The notes beneath the pieces were generated by a model. That model did not search any database, was not told the origin of the DNA, and saw nothing but the letters and a program-made list of their open reading frames with translations. A program made the position numbers and the translations under genes. Of a DNA stretch of 64,000 nucleotides, positions 23,201 to 37,600 are shown one piece after another; the stretch's first letter is position 1, and every line of letters starts with the position of its first letter. The DNA comes from Elsinoe ampelina (Eukaryota). Location of the stretch: assembly GCA_010093995.1 (NCBI GenBank), contig ML992507.1, positions 1,051,868 through 1,115,867 on the forward strand, written 5' to 3'.

Positions 23201-26200
23201 ATAGTTAACCTCGTCTAGATAGCGAACATTAGTATTACTAAGGCTAGCCTTTATAATACTATCTAATTGTACTTTATTATCTATAAGATATACCTTCTCT
23301 AACTCTTACCTTAGTACTATACTACTATAGAAGTAGAACTACCTTGTTCTTAGCTTAGCTTAGACTACTAGCATAGGCTATATTTAGACAGTTTATAACA
23401 TTTTAACTACTCTTACTATAGTATAGCACGCTACGAGGTTAATAAGTAACTCTTGCTCTAAGTTACTATTAGTATCTTTAATTACTAGTAAGCTAGGAAA
23501 GCTTACTATTAACGATATATCTACTACTAGTTTAACCTCGGGCGAATATAGAAGGTCTCTTAGTATAAGAGAGAGACGGAGTAAGCCTAAGTTAGAAGTA
23601 GAACTCTTCTACAGAGACTACGCCTACTTAAGGCACTTCCTTGTTTAACTTAAAGCCTTCTTTACTCTAGAGGGAGACAAGTACGCTAACGACGTAGCAA
23701 AGGTCCTCTATGCTAGGATACACCTTAAAGGCGCCGCCTTTAGGTAGTTTAAGCCTTATATAAGTAGCTACCTAGATAGATAACTAAGCCTAGATACAAA
23801 GGCTATCTTTAAGAGCTTTAGCATCTTCTAGGCAAAGATTAAGTAAGTCTTTAACGTATCTAATAAGAAATATATTACTATAATAAAGATCTAATAACTA
23901 TAACAACGAGGGTCTATAGCCTAGTACTATTCCTAATTCTAGCAACTCGTAATGTACCTAGACTAGGATAATAGTACTAAACATTTAGTATTCTACTAAG
24001 AACTAAGCGACTTAGTTAAAGACTAAATAATACCCGAGCTGCCCGATAGCCTATAGGAACTAGTAGACACTATAATTGCTATCGATAATAGACTTTATAA
24101 ACAACGTATAGAACGTTATAGAGAATATAAGGTAAATACTAGATATATGTGTTTCTCCCGAAACTATAGAGACTCTATAGAACTTAATATTATACATAAA
24201 GGCTGCCCCTTATAGGTATAAGGCCGCGGCCGTAGAGGAAAGTTCCTTAGTAGAAAAGAGAGAGAGAAGTATAGACGAGACAATCTATGTTTTAAGTATA
24301 AAAGACCTAGGTATCGAGCTAGAGACTACCGATAAGAGGTGCTAGCCGATAGATTACATATAATAGTTGCTAGGCTAGTAGAGAAAAAGGCTAATACTAC
24401 TATAGAAGACCTAACAATCTTTAGCGTAGGTAAGGAAACATAAAAGAAGTCTATAATAACTTAAGAGGTAATAGAATCCTCTCCGGATGTTATACTTAAT
24501 ATCTCTATAACTAATAGCGAACGATAAAGCTAACACGTAACGCTATTATAGATAGCATATTATAATAACTCTTATTATATTCACTTATTAGATAAGTAGG
24601 GATCTAGTTAGTTTCTATATAAGCTATCTAAGCGTAGGCGACTAACGAAATAGCTAGACTAGGAGTTTAACTTAGAAAAGCTCTCTATAATTAGTAGTAA
24701 TATTAACTAACCTTAGAAGGTAGTTAGTAACAACTACTAATATACAATTATCGAAATAAAGTATTAGGACGTAAGTGCTATATAATAATATAGTAACCTT
24801 ACCTTTAGCCCTTATAGCGAACTATAAGGAAAGGTATATTATATATCGCTCTAGAAATGTATAAGTTTAAATTACGAATAGTACTATACTATCTACTTAT
24901 ATAATATACTTAGAGAAGATGCTATTAGTCTTAAATATACTATAGACTTCTCGGTAATTAAAATAGATAGTACTATCCCCTATAGCTAAGTAAGAGAATA
25001 TACTTAGTATAGCCTTACTAATTGCAACTATACTAGAGGTAGTAGCGACGAAGAGAAATATAACAAAGGATATATTAAACAACTATAATATAACACTATA
25101 GATAAGGACTTATCCGACAACGATAACGACGTACTACTACTAGGCAGGCGACTTAAAGTATACCTTATAGGAATGTAGAGAAACTATATAATAATATACA
25201 CCTACTACTAGAATAGGACATAACAAGACAAATCTACATAACTTGCTTTCGTCTTTAATACTAACGCCTAGCTACACCTAGAGGAGATAGTTATACTAAT
25301 ATAGGTGTATAACACCACTTAGTATAACTAGTAGAGAATTATTGGATTTTATAGTTACTAAGGGACTTAGGCGCTAGAAGTTTACCTTGCTATATTAAAT
25401 AGCGACAAAACACAACTTGCCTAATAGATATAATACTAATAGTAGATACATATAGGAAGGAATTAGCTACTTATCTAAGGAGCTATAATAATAAAAAACT
25501 AGCTAGTTGTTGCCTAATAAGGCAAGATAACAACACTAGCTAAAGCCTTAGTATAATAAAGATCTATATGTTAAACTACTTTATACTAGAAGTCTAGATA
25601 TAAGAAAATAAGGTAAGAGCAATAATAGATTCGGGAGCTAACTATAGCTATATCTCTATAATAGTTACTAATTAGCTTAAACCTTATTAACATTAGAAGG
25701 AGTTACCTTACCTACTTACTATAGCGGATAGAACCTCTATAGGGAAGGATAGGAAAGTTACTTAGGAACTATAAAACGTTATAATCTAAATTAGAACATA
25801 CATAGAAAAACAATTAATTAATATAGTTAACATATAGTATAATATAGTACTTAGCATAGACTAGCTTTAATAACATAATCTAGACGTAGACTAGATTAAA
25901 GAAACACTTAAATTTTCTAAGTACAATTATAGAACGTAGGAAGTATAATTAGCTCTACGGATACTAACTATAAGGATAGTATAGATATAACTAATAGTTA
26001 GGGCTATCGCTAGCGTAAGTAATTAAGTACTTTCGCTAGAATATAAAGACTTTAAGGACTTATTTAAAGAAAGGAAAGGTATTATAGTCTTACTCTAATA
26101 TAAACTATAGAATTACAAAATACCTTTTAAAGAGAGTAAATCCCTAATATACTATTAAGGTCTTATACTACTATTAAAACAAGAGGAGAATATCCTTAAG

Positions 26201-28899
26201 AACTATATTAACAAGTACTTACTTAAAGGATTTATACAACTATTAAAATTACCTATTGTATATAGAGTGCTTTTTACACCTAAAAAGGATAGAATGTTAT
26301 AAATATATATTAATTACTAGAAACTTAATATACTTACTAGGAAGAATTACTATTCCCTACTAAGGATCGATAAACTTTAAGACTAACTACTTAGAGCTAA
26401 ATAGTTTACTATAATCGACATTAGGGACGCCTATTATTAAGTATAAATAAAGGAGAGTAAGGAGTAGAAAATAGCTTTTAGGATATAATAGAGTCTATAT
26501 AAGTACCTCGTTATACTCTTTAGGTTAACTAACGCTTCTATAACCTTCTAAGAGTTAATTAATAATACTCTATAAGAATACCTTAATAACTTTGTCTTAG
26601 TATATCTAGACAATATTGTTATCTTCTTAAAGACATATAATAAACATATAGGACATGTTTATAAAGTACTATAGAAACTAAAAGAAAAAGACTTACTAGT
26701 AAAACTCTTTAAGTATAAGTTTTATAAATACAAGATACAATTTCTAGGCTATATTATATCTACTAATAGCATTAGACCCGACCTAAAGAAGATTAAGTTA
26801 GTAAACAACTAGCTAGAACCTACTATAGTTAAGGAGGTTTAAGTACTACTAGGATTCTTTAACTACTACTATAAGTTTATTAAGAGGTTCTCTAAGGTAG
26901 CTATACTAATATCTAACCTTACAAAAAAGAAAACTAGCTTTATCTTTAACGAAAAATATAGGTAGGCCTTTAAGGAGCTAAAGCTTAGACTTATAATAGT
27001 ACCTATCCTAGCACTCTTTAATCTAGACTAATAAGCACTACTAGAGATAGATACTTTAGACTTTGTAATAGAAGCGTATCTAGCATAGAAGGACGTAGAA
27101 GAATAACGCTACTTAATTATATACTACTTACGAAAAATGACTAGACCTAAACTTAACTATAATATATATAATAAGGAGTTACTTATAATTATAGAAGTAT
27201 TCCGTAAGTAAAGAATATACCTAGAAGGAATAACCTTACTAGTATAAGTCTACACTAACTATAAGAACCTTTTATATTAGATAATAACTAAGGTTCTTAA
27301 TAGACAATAGGTGTAATAGTTAGAAACACTTATAAGCTATAACTTCTAGATCTACTATGTTAAGGGATTAGAGAATAGCGGAGTAGATACTCTTAGCTGC
27401 CGGCTAGATTACTTAAAAAATATAATAATAATAGAGGCCTCTATACTAAAGTAGCAGGATAGCGCTTTAGTCTATAAGTACCCGAAGGTAAAGTAGTTAT
27501 ATAGTCTTACCTAGGAGCTTACGTAAGAACAGAAAAAAGAAGTTATTTAAATATACTATAATAACCTAACGGTAGGACATAGCAGGATTAATAAGACTAT
27601 TAAACTTATTATATAAAACTACCTCTAGAAAGAACTCCGAAACAATGTTAAGACGTATATTACTATATGCAATATATACTATAAGTTTAAGCACTTACGA
27701 CATAAGCTATATAGCTTACTATAACCCTTACTACTACTAGATAAACTATAGCAATTAGTTACGATAGACTTTATAGGACCTCTACTACTATTAGAAGAAC
27801 CTCTTATAGGTGTAAAGTATAATAGCATTCTAGTCCTAGTAGATAGGTTTATAAAGTATTACTACTTTATACTATATAAGATAATAGCAACTACTAAGGA
27901 TATAGCCTTTGCCTTTCTCCGAATAATTGTTTTACGATATAGAGTACTATAAGACCTAATAACTAACAGGGATAAGCTATTTACGTTATAATTCTAGCAA
28001 TTATTTATAGACCTACTAGAAGTTAAACATAAGCTATTAACCTCCTTTTATTTATAAACGAACAGATAAACTAAATAAGTAAATTAAGTACTAGAGTAGT
28101 ACCTACGATGCTACCTAAACTATAAGTAAGACTCCTAGGTAATGCTATTACTACTCGTAGAGCTTGCTATTAATAATAGAAAGTTAGTAAATGGAATTTT
28201 ACTATTCTATATAAACTATAGAATACACTCGGATCTATACTATAACATACTCGGAATTAAGCTAATATCTAAGGATACTAATATATTAGTAGCTAATATT
28301 AAGAAACTATATAACTAGCTATACTACGATATAGTATTTATATTATAAAGAATAGTAGAGTTTGCTAACTAAAAGAGAATTGCAGGACTAATTCTATAGG
28401 AGAGAGAGAAAGTTTACCTCCTTAGTAAAAACATTAAAATAAAACAACTAAGTAAGAAACTTAACTATACTAAACTAGGACTCTTTAAGATCCTAGAAAA
28501 GAAAAACAAAAACGTATATAAACTAGAACTACCTAGATACATAAGAATCTACCTAGTCTTTTATGTATTACTATTAGAGAAAGCACTATAGGACGTAGTA
28601 CCTAGACCTATCGAACTAGATAAAGAAATATAAGAGCTATAGTATAAGATTAAAAGGGTTTTACGCTATAAATTTATAAGGGGAAAGCGTTACTATCTTA
28701 TCTACTAGAAAGAATATTAGTATAGTAAGGCAATATAGGAACTAGAGAAACACCTTACCTCGTAAGTAATCCTAGATTACTAGACCGAAAACCTATCCTA
28801 AGTAAACTAACTAGGTAGGCCTAACGCTACTAATACTAAACAAAAATAAGAATGCCTAAGGAAGACTACCTAGCTAATAGAAGTACCCTAATTATTACT

Positions 28900-29419
28900 A
28901 AATAAGGAACCCTAATTAGAGTTAGGCATAAATAATTACTAATTCTATAGTAGGACAGGATCTACTAATAATAGTATTTCCTCTTACTCTAGAACTTAAA
29001 TATAGATTTCCTCTAGAGAAATTACTTTCTCCGCCTTATTCTTTAATTTTTATATCTCTTTACGTAGGCGAAGCTTATCGCCTATAGCTCTTTAATAAGC
29101 CTCTTTTGCCTTTTTATAAGCTTCTTTAGCTTCCTTTCTAGTAGCCTTAGCTATAACTAATTCCTTTCGTAAGTAAATATACTTAGACTAGAGACATTAC
29201 TATTTTAATTTTGTCACCTAAATATTATAACCTAAATATGTTACTTACGACATACTAGCTATAAATACCTAACTAAATATAAACTTTATAGTCTAGCTTC
29301 TTTAACTTATAATAAGAGTAAGCTTATAGCATGTTAGTTCTAAATAATTTAATAAACTTCGAGAGGTTCTTTCGTATAGATATACTAGATTTACTATGCC
29401 TTTAATAACTAGGAGGCAT
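28900..29419 (-). pseudogene. Antisense Cys-rich/coiled-coil ORF of Gypsy B (3' end approximate, one apparent frameshift)
   Basis: ATGCCTCCT at 29419; RIP-compatible CxxC..C..CxxC..C followed by RKEL..AKATRKEAKEAYKKAKEAY.RA.GDKLRLRKE helix. Confidence 0.55.
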
Positions 29420-29680
29420 GTTTAGTACATAGTATATAAAGATAAGAAAGAACACTTACTTGTTAGAATAACTCGATTAAAGGAGAAAGGTAATGTTACG
29501 AACTAGTAGGACAGCTAGAGCGTAGGGATGTTAGGACTAATTAAGCTACTAAGGATATTACGTAACCTAGCCCGACATTTACCCGGTTCTCTATCTTCTC
29601 TAGTAGCTCTACTCTAGAAACTATAGAGCGCGTAGGTTACTAGCGGACAAGTACTTTGTCTTCTCTAGCGGCTCTACTAC

Positions 29681-29690
29681 NNNNNNNNNN
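29681..29690. other. Assembly gap (10 N) inside the Gypsy B 3' LTR
   Basis: Run of n. Confidence 1.
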
Positions 29691-30406
29691 TAGTATTACT
29701 AAGGCTAGCCTTTATAATACTATCTAATTGTACTTTATTATCTATAAGATATACCTTCTCTAACTCTTACCTTAGTGCTATACTACTATAGAAGTAGAAC
29801 TACCTTGTTCTTAGCTTAGCTTAGGCTACTAGCGTAGGCTATGTTTAGACAGTTCGTAACAATAATCTAGTAGCTTGTAATTATAAAGCTTATAACTAGA
29901 CTATCTCTATTAAGTAGTAATTCTATCGATAGTAGCTATATAGATAAGGCACTAGATAAGGTAGATAACTTGTTTAACTTACCTACTTAAGAGAGTATAT
30001 TTAATATAAGTAACTATAAGGAAGATAGTAATAATAACAACTATAAGTCTCTAGTAAAGTATATAAGATTATCTAGAAGGACATAGAACAACATTAAAAT
30101 ACAACGATTAAACATTTAGAATACTATAATTAGAGACTATAATTAGTGCTATTTCTATCCTAAATAGATTATAAATTATACATATAATAGTAAAATTTAG
30201 ACTAAGTAATAGCTACTTATATAAGACCTAACAATTATAGAGGTAGGTTAGTAGTAGATAGGGTTAAGAGGCTTTCTAATAACCTACTACCTACCTCTAA
30301 CTCTACTCTACGCTAATATACCCTAACTCTACCCTACTCGGCGTACTAAGTAGAGTTCACCTAACTCTACTCTAGGTAGGTTATTCCTAACTCTATAACT
30401 ACTCTA

Positions 30407-33400
30407 ACTATATCTCTACTATTATAACTCCTATTACTATTTACGACCTCTATAACTACTCTTATACTATTACGCTTCGTGCCTTTATCGACACTAGTAC
30501 GCTTATTAGCGCCGTAGTTAATTATAACGTCCTTAATAAGCTAAAGAGTTTTAGCTACCCCGTAGCGTTAGCTAGCCCTATTTAGCTTTAAGCTTATAAT
30601 AGTATTCTAATAGAATAAGTTATATATAGTGTCTCTCTTACTACTACTGTCTCTAGTAAGCTAAATGCTCTTACTACTTTTCGTATTATAGATATTAGCC
30701 GTTTTAACATTATTCTTAGCCTTAGTTAGCTTAAGGCTAATAGGGCTACTATCGACTATAAATATAGCTAAGTTATATACAAAGAAGATCCTATACCTAT
30801 CGTTATTAAGTAGGAGCTACTATAGCTAATTAAAAGACTAGGATCTAGATCTAAGCCTAGCTCGGATCTAGGAATCTAGCTCGGTAAAATCCCTATTCTA
30901 GTTTAGAACTAGTTTAGTTCTAGTTTAGCTCGCTAACTAGATTCTAGCTTAGCTACTAAGTTAGGACGGGCTAGACTATATTAACTACTAGCTCTTAGGT
31001 TAAACTCTAAGCTAGATTAGGGAGAGTTTAAGCTAGTCTCCTATAGTACTTAGTTAATATATAAGTTCTTCTATATACTTGCCTACGTAAGTAACGCTAA
31101 ATAAGAAGGACTAACTATTACCTTTATTAGCGCTGTCGCCTTTATATTAGTAGCTAAATACTAAAAGAACAAGGTATTTATAATTTTAGTAAAGAACATT
31201 AAGGATTACTACTAAATAGTCTCCGAGCTAGAACTAGACTCTATAGTAGTTCTTCTAGAGGAGCTATACAAATTTGCTAACGTCTTCTCTAAAGAGTAAT
31301 CTAATACGCTCCCCCTATATCGACTAGATTTCGATAACTGTATTACTCTTAAAGATAGTGCTAAATTACTACGTATAGAGCCTTTATACTACCTATCTCC
31401 TAAGAAGCTCGACATAGTAGAATAGTTTATCTATAAGCACCTCGATAAAGGCTTTATTATACTAAGCTTAGCTAGCTATTCCTTACCTATTCTCTTCGTT
31501 TATAAGCTAGGTAAAGAGCTTCGCCTCTACGTTAATTACTATAGTCTTAATAAGGTAACTAAGCGAGATATCTATCTACTACCCCTTATCGAGGAAACGC
31601 TTATATACGTAAGTAAGGCTAAATAGTTTAGTAAGATTAACATATATTAAGCCTTCTACTGCCTCTATAACTCTACTAATAGTAAGGACCTTACTATATT
31701 CTCTATATACATAGGTAACTTTAAGTAGTTAATAATACTATTTAGTCTTACTAACGCCTCTATAGTGTAGTAGAGGTTTATAAATTACAACTTTGTTAAT
31801 ATACTAGAGCGCTTCGTGTTAATCTATCTTAATAATATTCTTATTTACACTAATAGCACTTATAGAGAGCACGCCGAGCATATTAAGCTAGTACTCTAGT
31901 AGCTCTATAAATTAGGCCTAAATGCTAATATTAAGAAGAGTAAGTTCTACCTAATAGAGGTAAAGTACCTCGGTATTATCGTTAGCTAAGATAGAGTTAA
32001 GATAGATCCTAAGAAGGTAGAAGCTATATAAGTATAGAAATAGCTAGCCCCTAGTAATACTACTTAGGTAAGGAGCTTTATTAGCTTCTATAGCTACTAT
32101 TGTCGCTTTATTAAGAGATTTAGCACTATCGCTAAGCTACTAAACGATCTACTTAAGAAGAATACTATACTATAGAACGATAAGTGTATTACTATGTTTA
32201 ATTATATAAAGTATACTATTATAAGCGCGCCTATCCTTATATACTTTAATCGCTCGAAATAGATAGTCCTTAAGATAGATACCTCCGACACTACTACTAC
32301 TAGAATTCTGTTATAATATAATAAGTCTAACATTCTCTAGCCTATAGCCTTTTTTAGTAAGTCTATAAACAAAGCCGAACTTAACTACGCTATCTACGAT
32401 AAGGAGCTACTAGCTATCGTCTAAGCCTTTAAGGAATAGGCCCCTAAGCTTATAAGTACTTAATCCGATAAGGCTATCTACGTCCTTACTAACTACTAGT
32501 CCCTAATACACTTTATAAAGATATAAAAGCTATTACGCCGCTAGGTATACTAGGCCCTCTACCTCGCGTAGTTTAACTTTAAGATTATATATAGGCCTAG
32601 TGCTATAAACGGTAAAGCCGATACACTTATAAGAAGGAATAGAGACGTACTACGCTTAAAGAAAGACTCTAACCTTCGCTAGACGCTATTACTCTATAAG
32701 GTGCTTAACTAGCGTATTATTAACGAACTAAATCTAGGTCGCATCTAAACTAGATTACTAGCTCGAGCTAAACTAACACCTAGTTTAGTAACTAGTTTAT
32801 TACCTATATCGGCGCCTATTTTAGCTACCGAACTAGGTATCTATATAGTACCTATCTTAGCTATAGAAGAGCCTTTACCCCTTTTCGATAAGGTAGCTAA
32901 GGCTAACTTACGAGACACTAAGTTCGAATTAGCTCGAGGCATCTACTATATAATAGGAGTCTTCCTAAAGTGGAAATAGCTACTACTAACCGATGTTACT
33001 ATTAGTAAAGGGATGTTATAGGTTACTAGTTAGCTGTTTATACTATAATCGATAGCTATAAAGGTTATCTAAGAAGTCTATGCCTTAAAGGACTATATAT
33101 ATGCTAGAGCTACTAAAACAGCTACTATAATTAAGACTACCTTCTATATCCCGAGTTACAATAATAATGTTAAGAGGTTCGTTACTAACTACTACAACTA
33201 TAAGCATTTAAAGGCCTACTACGGCTTACTAGCTAGCCTCCTATTACTATTGCCTATTCCGGAAAGGCTCTAGTAATACATTACTATAAACTTCGTTACT
33301 AGCTTACTCTTAGTAGATAGCTATAACATAGTACTCTATATTATCGATTGTCTAACTAAGGAACGACACTTAATCCTATATTTCTCTAGAGATAGAGGCA

Positions 33401-34375
33401 CCTTAGCATTTAAAATAGCTAAGCTACTATTCTTCTACGTATAGAAACTATATAGCCTACTAGATAGTATTACCTCCGACTACGGCCCTTAGTTCGTTAG
33501 CGACGTATAGAAGAGGCTCTACTAAATCCTAAAGATTATAGCTAAGCTATCTTTAGCCTACTACCTCTAAATAGACAGCTAATTAGAAGTTATAAACTAA
33601 GAGTTTAAACGAGTTATCTATTTATATATAACACATTTTAGTAACTAGACTCTAGTTCTACTAGTTATAGAATTTTCTATAAATACTAACTCCTCGGAAA
33701 GTACTAAACTATTACTATTTAAGGTAATAAGAGGATATAAGCTAAGGATAAGCTTCTAGCCCCCTTCCGATGTACTATTAACTAGAGCTAAGCTAAATAA
33801 GGCCGACATTTATACACTTACTAAGTAGCTAGAGAAAGCACTAGCTATTACTAAGTCTAACCTCGCTATTGCCTAGTTACGAATAGTAGAATAAGCTAAT
33901 AAACGTCGCTAGCTAATAGAGTTTAAGGTAGGCAATTTAGTTTAGTTATTAATAAAGAACCTCTAGCTATAGAGTAATCTAAAGCTACTACTAAAGCACG
34001 TCGGTCTATATAAGATCTTAAAGAAACAATTAAGGCTATTATATAAGCTAGAGCTCTTACTAGCGCTATAATAAATTTATCTAGTGTTCTATATTGACCT
34101 ACTTACTAAGTATCTAAATAACTCTCTACTAGGATAAGCCTTTAAGGAACTACTACTAGTAGAGGTCAACGGTAAAGAGAAATACAAGGTTAATAATGTA
34201 ATTAATATATATAGGCTACGCAGAAAACTAGTTACTTATATAAGCTAGAAGAGCTATTCTAAGGATCTTACCTAGTAGCTAATTAATAATCTTAAAGGAG
34301 CTACTAACGTACTACGCGACTATCTAGACTAGTATATAGATAAGCTAAGGCCGAAATAGATCGATAAATAATATA
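30407..34375 (+). pseudogene. pol: Pol of Gypsy A2
   Basis: Colinear with 10870-14878; FIDTS(G)A-like motif at ~30484; RT, RH, IN and chromodomain motifs. Confidence 0.92.
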
Positions 34376-34631
34376 TAATAGTATTTAAGAGTAAATACAC
34401 TTAAGAGAGAAGGTAGTAATATAAGATAGACACGAACTAGATTCAGTTAGGAGTTAGTAGTTAGTTTAGATTAGTCACGTGATCTCGGCATCGCGGCCCG
34501 GGCTTCCGGCCGCTTCGCCCTTAATATTACATATACTTTATATACTAGTTCTTCTTCTTCTTCTTCTAAGTCTCGATATCTTAACGAATAGATATAATTA
34601 ACCTCTTATCTTGCTAGTCGTAATTAAGTAG

Positions 34632-37600
34632 AGGGTATAGAGGAAGGTTACTTAAGTATATTTAGTATTTAAGTATATCTTCCTTTATAGTATAAGCTAA
34701 ATTCTACTATAGTATATACTAGCTTTATATATACTTAGTAGACTTCTATAGTAACCTTAGAGAGATAATTAGTCTCTTCTATACTATAGACTTAGAACTA
34801 GACTCTCTAGTTATCTTAGGGTACCTATAGTAGAGAAGATAATATATAATTATAAATAGTACTATAGATAAGTAGTTATATAGCTACTCCTTATATATAG
34901 TTTACTTATATAAACCTAAAGACTTTATAAAGGACCTTAAGAATAAGCCTAGAGTATATACTATAGTATAGACTTTATCTAAGGAGAGTACCTATACTAT
35001 AGATAGTCTAGCTCTACTACTAGAGTTTATAAAGTTCTCTAATATCTTTACCTATAAGGATATTACTAATCTACTACGCCTACTAGGTATAAAGTATATA
35101 ATTAAACTAGAGCTAGGTAAGAGACCTCTATTTTAGTCCTTATATAACCTCTTAGTTAAAGAGCTTAAAGTACTTAAGAATTATCTTAAAACTACTTAAT
35201 TAAATAAGTAAATTAGGTACTCTATAAGTAAGGTAAGTACTTCTATCTTATTTATACCTAAGAAAGATAGTAGTCTATAATTATATATAGACTATTAGAG
35301 CTTAAATAAGATAACTATTAAAAATTACTACCTACTCTTACTTATTAGTAAGATACTTAATTAGCTTAAGTAAGCCTAGTAGTTCTTAAAGTTAGATCTT
35401 AAGGATGTCTACTATAGAATCTCTATTAAGTATAGTAATAAGTAGAAGACTATATTCTATATATACTATAGCTATTTTAAGTATTTAGTTATACTCTTTA
35501 GGTTAACTAATATACTAGCTACTTTCTAAGTATATATTAATAAAGTACTAGGTAGACTAGTTAATACTATCTATATTATCTACCTTAATAATCTTCTTAT
35601 TTATAGTAATTTAAGAGAGAACTATATATATTATATATATAAGATTCTAGTAAAACTATAGAAATTTACTTTATATACTAGTCTTAAGAAATGTAAATTC
35701 TTTACTAAGGAAATAGAATTTCTTAGCTATATTATCTCTACTATAGGTATCTTAATAGATCTAAGTAGAGTAACTATAATTAAGAATTAGCTAAGGCTAA
35801 AGAGTTATTATAAAGTCTAGTAGTTTACTAGCTTTATAAATTTCTACTACTACTTTATATAGTATTACTCTAAGATTATTACTCTTCTCTCTAGTCTCCT
35901 AAAAGGCTCTATTAAGAGTTAAAAGTATAGCTCTTTTATATAGAGTATAAGTAAGTAGTAGATATTTAAAGACATTAGAGACACTTTTATAAGGGCTCTT
36001 ATTCTTTACTACTATAATTCTATACTACCTCTATATATTAAAAGTAATACGTTAAAATTTATAGTAGTAGCTATACTAATATAGCTATTTAATAGTACTT
36101 AGTACTCTATTACCTTCTAGTTAAGAAAGATAATCTCTACTAAATATAACTATAAGATATATAATTAAGAGCTATTAGTAATTATATATATATTTAAGTA
36201 ATAGTAATACTACCTCGAGAGTACCTTATATATAATCTAAATACTTACTAACTATAATAACCTTTAAGGATTTATAAAGCTAAAATAGCTAAATAGCTAA
36301 TAAGCTTACTAGGTAGCCTTCCTTACTACTTTTAACTTTATAATAGAGTATTAGCTAGGTATAAGAAACCTAGCTAATACACTTTTAAGGCGCCTTAACT
36401 ATATAGCTAAAGAGTAAAAGGTATCTTATCTCCTTTTAACTCTCTAAAATAAGCTTTATATCTAAGACTAGACTACTAACTTTAAGAAAGCTCTTCTACT
36501 TATTAGATATATCTATACTATAGATAAGGCTACTCTAGAGTAGGCCTAGACTATCTATATACTATATAGAGGTAAAACTTCTTCTAAGAACTTCTAGAGA
36601 CTTATAATAACCTAGTAAGTTACTATTATAGTAATAGTAAGAGAGAATCTATTTAAAAATTCCTTTACTAACCTATTATTAGTTATAGAGCTACTATAGA
36701 GATAAGACTCTAAAATTATAAAGCTATATTTATAAGTAAGAAGTAGTAGAGATAAAAGTAAGACACTATAGAACCTATAAAATAAATTCTTATTTTACTA
36801 TAATACACTAGTTATTCTAAATAATAGTAGGGTAGTTAGTAGGTAGAGTAGGGTAGAGTCTTACTAATCCTCTCTAACTCTATAGAGTTATATTACTCTT
36901 AAAAATTTTATGTAATTTTTACTTCTTTTTGTATTTTTACATATAAAAAGAAGTATATAAACAAAAAAAAAAAAATATTATTAGAATCCTTAAAAACTCT
37001 TCTATATTTTGATATATTATAGTATTACGTAAGCAATAGATTAGGTAGAGAGACACGTTTTTCTATAATTGAAAATATAAGGCTTAGTATTACGTAAGTA
37101 TAATATATATTATTACGTGCAAAGTTCTATTCTCTATATCTTACTTATATAAAGTTTTTAAAAAAAACTACTCTATTATATATAATTTCAAAAAGATACA
37201 AAAATAATATAAAATCTTAACCTACTTAATCTTACTTACTAACTACTCTAAATAATAGTACTATAAAGGCGTAGGTACTATACATATACTATAATAGTAA
37301 ATAGGCTAATTACTTTAGTAAGGATAAGACACTTAAGCTTCTCTTATAGAAATACTTCTAGCTAACTATAAGAAAAGATATTAATAACTATATATAGTTA
37401 TACTAAGTTTACTAGAAGTATAAGGTATACTACTATTACCTCTATAGTAAGTTATATATACTACTAATACTAGACTACCTATAGTAAGAAATTATAATAG
37501 ATTTTATTACTAACCTACTACTAAGTAAGCAAAGTAGTAGTATCTATAATATAGTACTAGTAATTATAGACTATTATACTAAGATATTACTATATATCTC

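Larger units (their letters stand above)
23003..29861 (+). mobile_element. Full-length Gypsy B chromovirus
   Basis: LTRs at 23003-23400 and 29494-29861 (TGTTACG...CGTAACA); TSD ATAAT (22998-23002, 29862-29866); knuckle CFKCGRPGHRARDC ~24288; MIDSGA-like protease ~25625; YLD(D) ~26603; chromodomain ~28640-28780. Confidence 0.96.
20577..30120 (+). pseudogene. hAT transposase of hAT-2 copy 1, split by Gypsy B (20577-23002 and 29862-~30120)
   Basis: 22835-23000 de-RIPs to FKVLNWWKNNKKDFPQLAKVARDVLAIPIAGVGIERVFNMAKNIIGNRRHRLS (hAT dimerization domain). Confidence 0.9.
17832..30406 (+). mobile_element. hAT family hAT-2, copy 1 (~5.7 kb without nested Gypsy B), carrying H3-like cargo
   Basis: 8-bp TSD ACTATATC (17824-17831, 30407-30414); RIP-compatible TIRs TAGGATAGTCGTAAAG / TAGAGTAGTTATAGAG; subterminal GTAGAG/GGGTTAG repeats. 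Confidence 0.95.
15845..34626 (+). mobile_element. Gypsy A2 (A subfamily), full length, interrupted by hAT-2 at 17832-30406
   Basis: LTRs at 15845-16047 and 34417-34626; TSD AGTAG (15840-15844, 34627-34631); colinear with Gypsy A once the insert is removed. Confidence 0.96.

Noticed and set aside
24897..25082. ORF-track ORFs 24897-25082 and 53956-54156
   Set aside because: Antisense to Gypsy B/B' gag; the second crosses the hAT-1 insertion junction.
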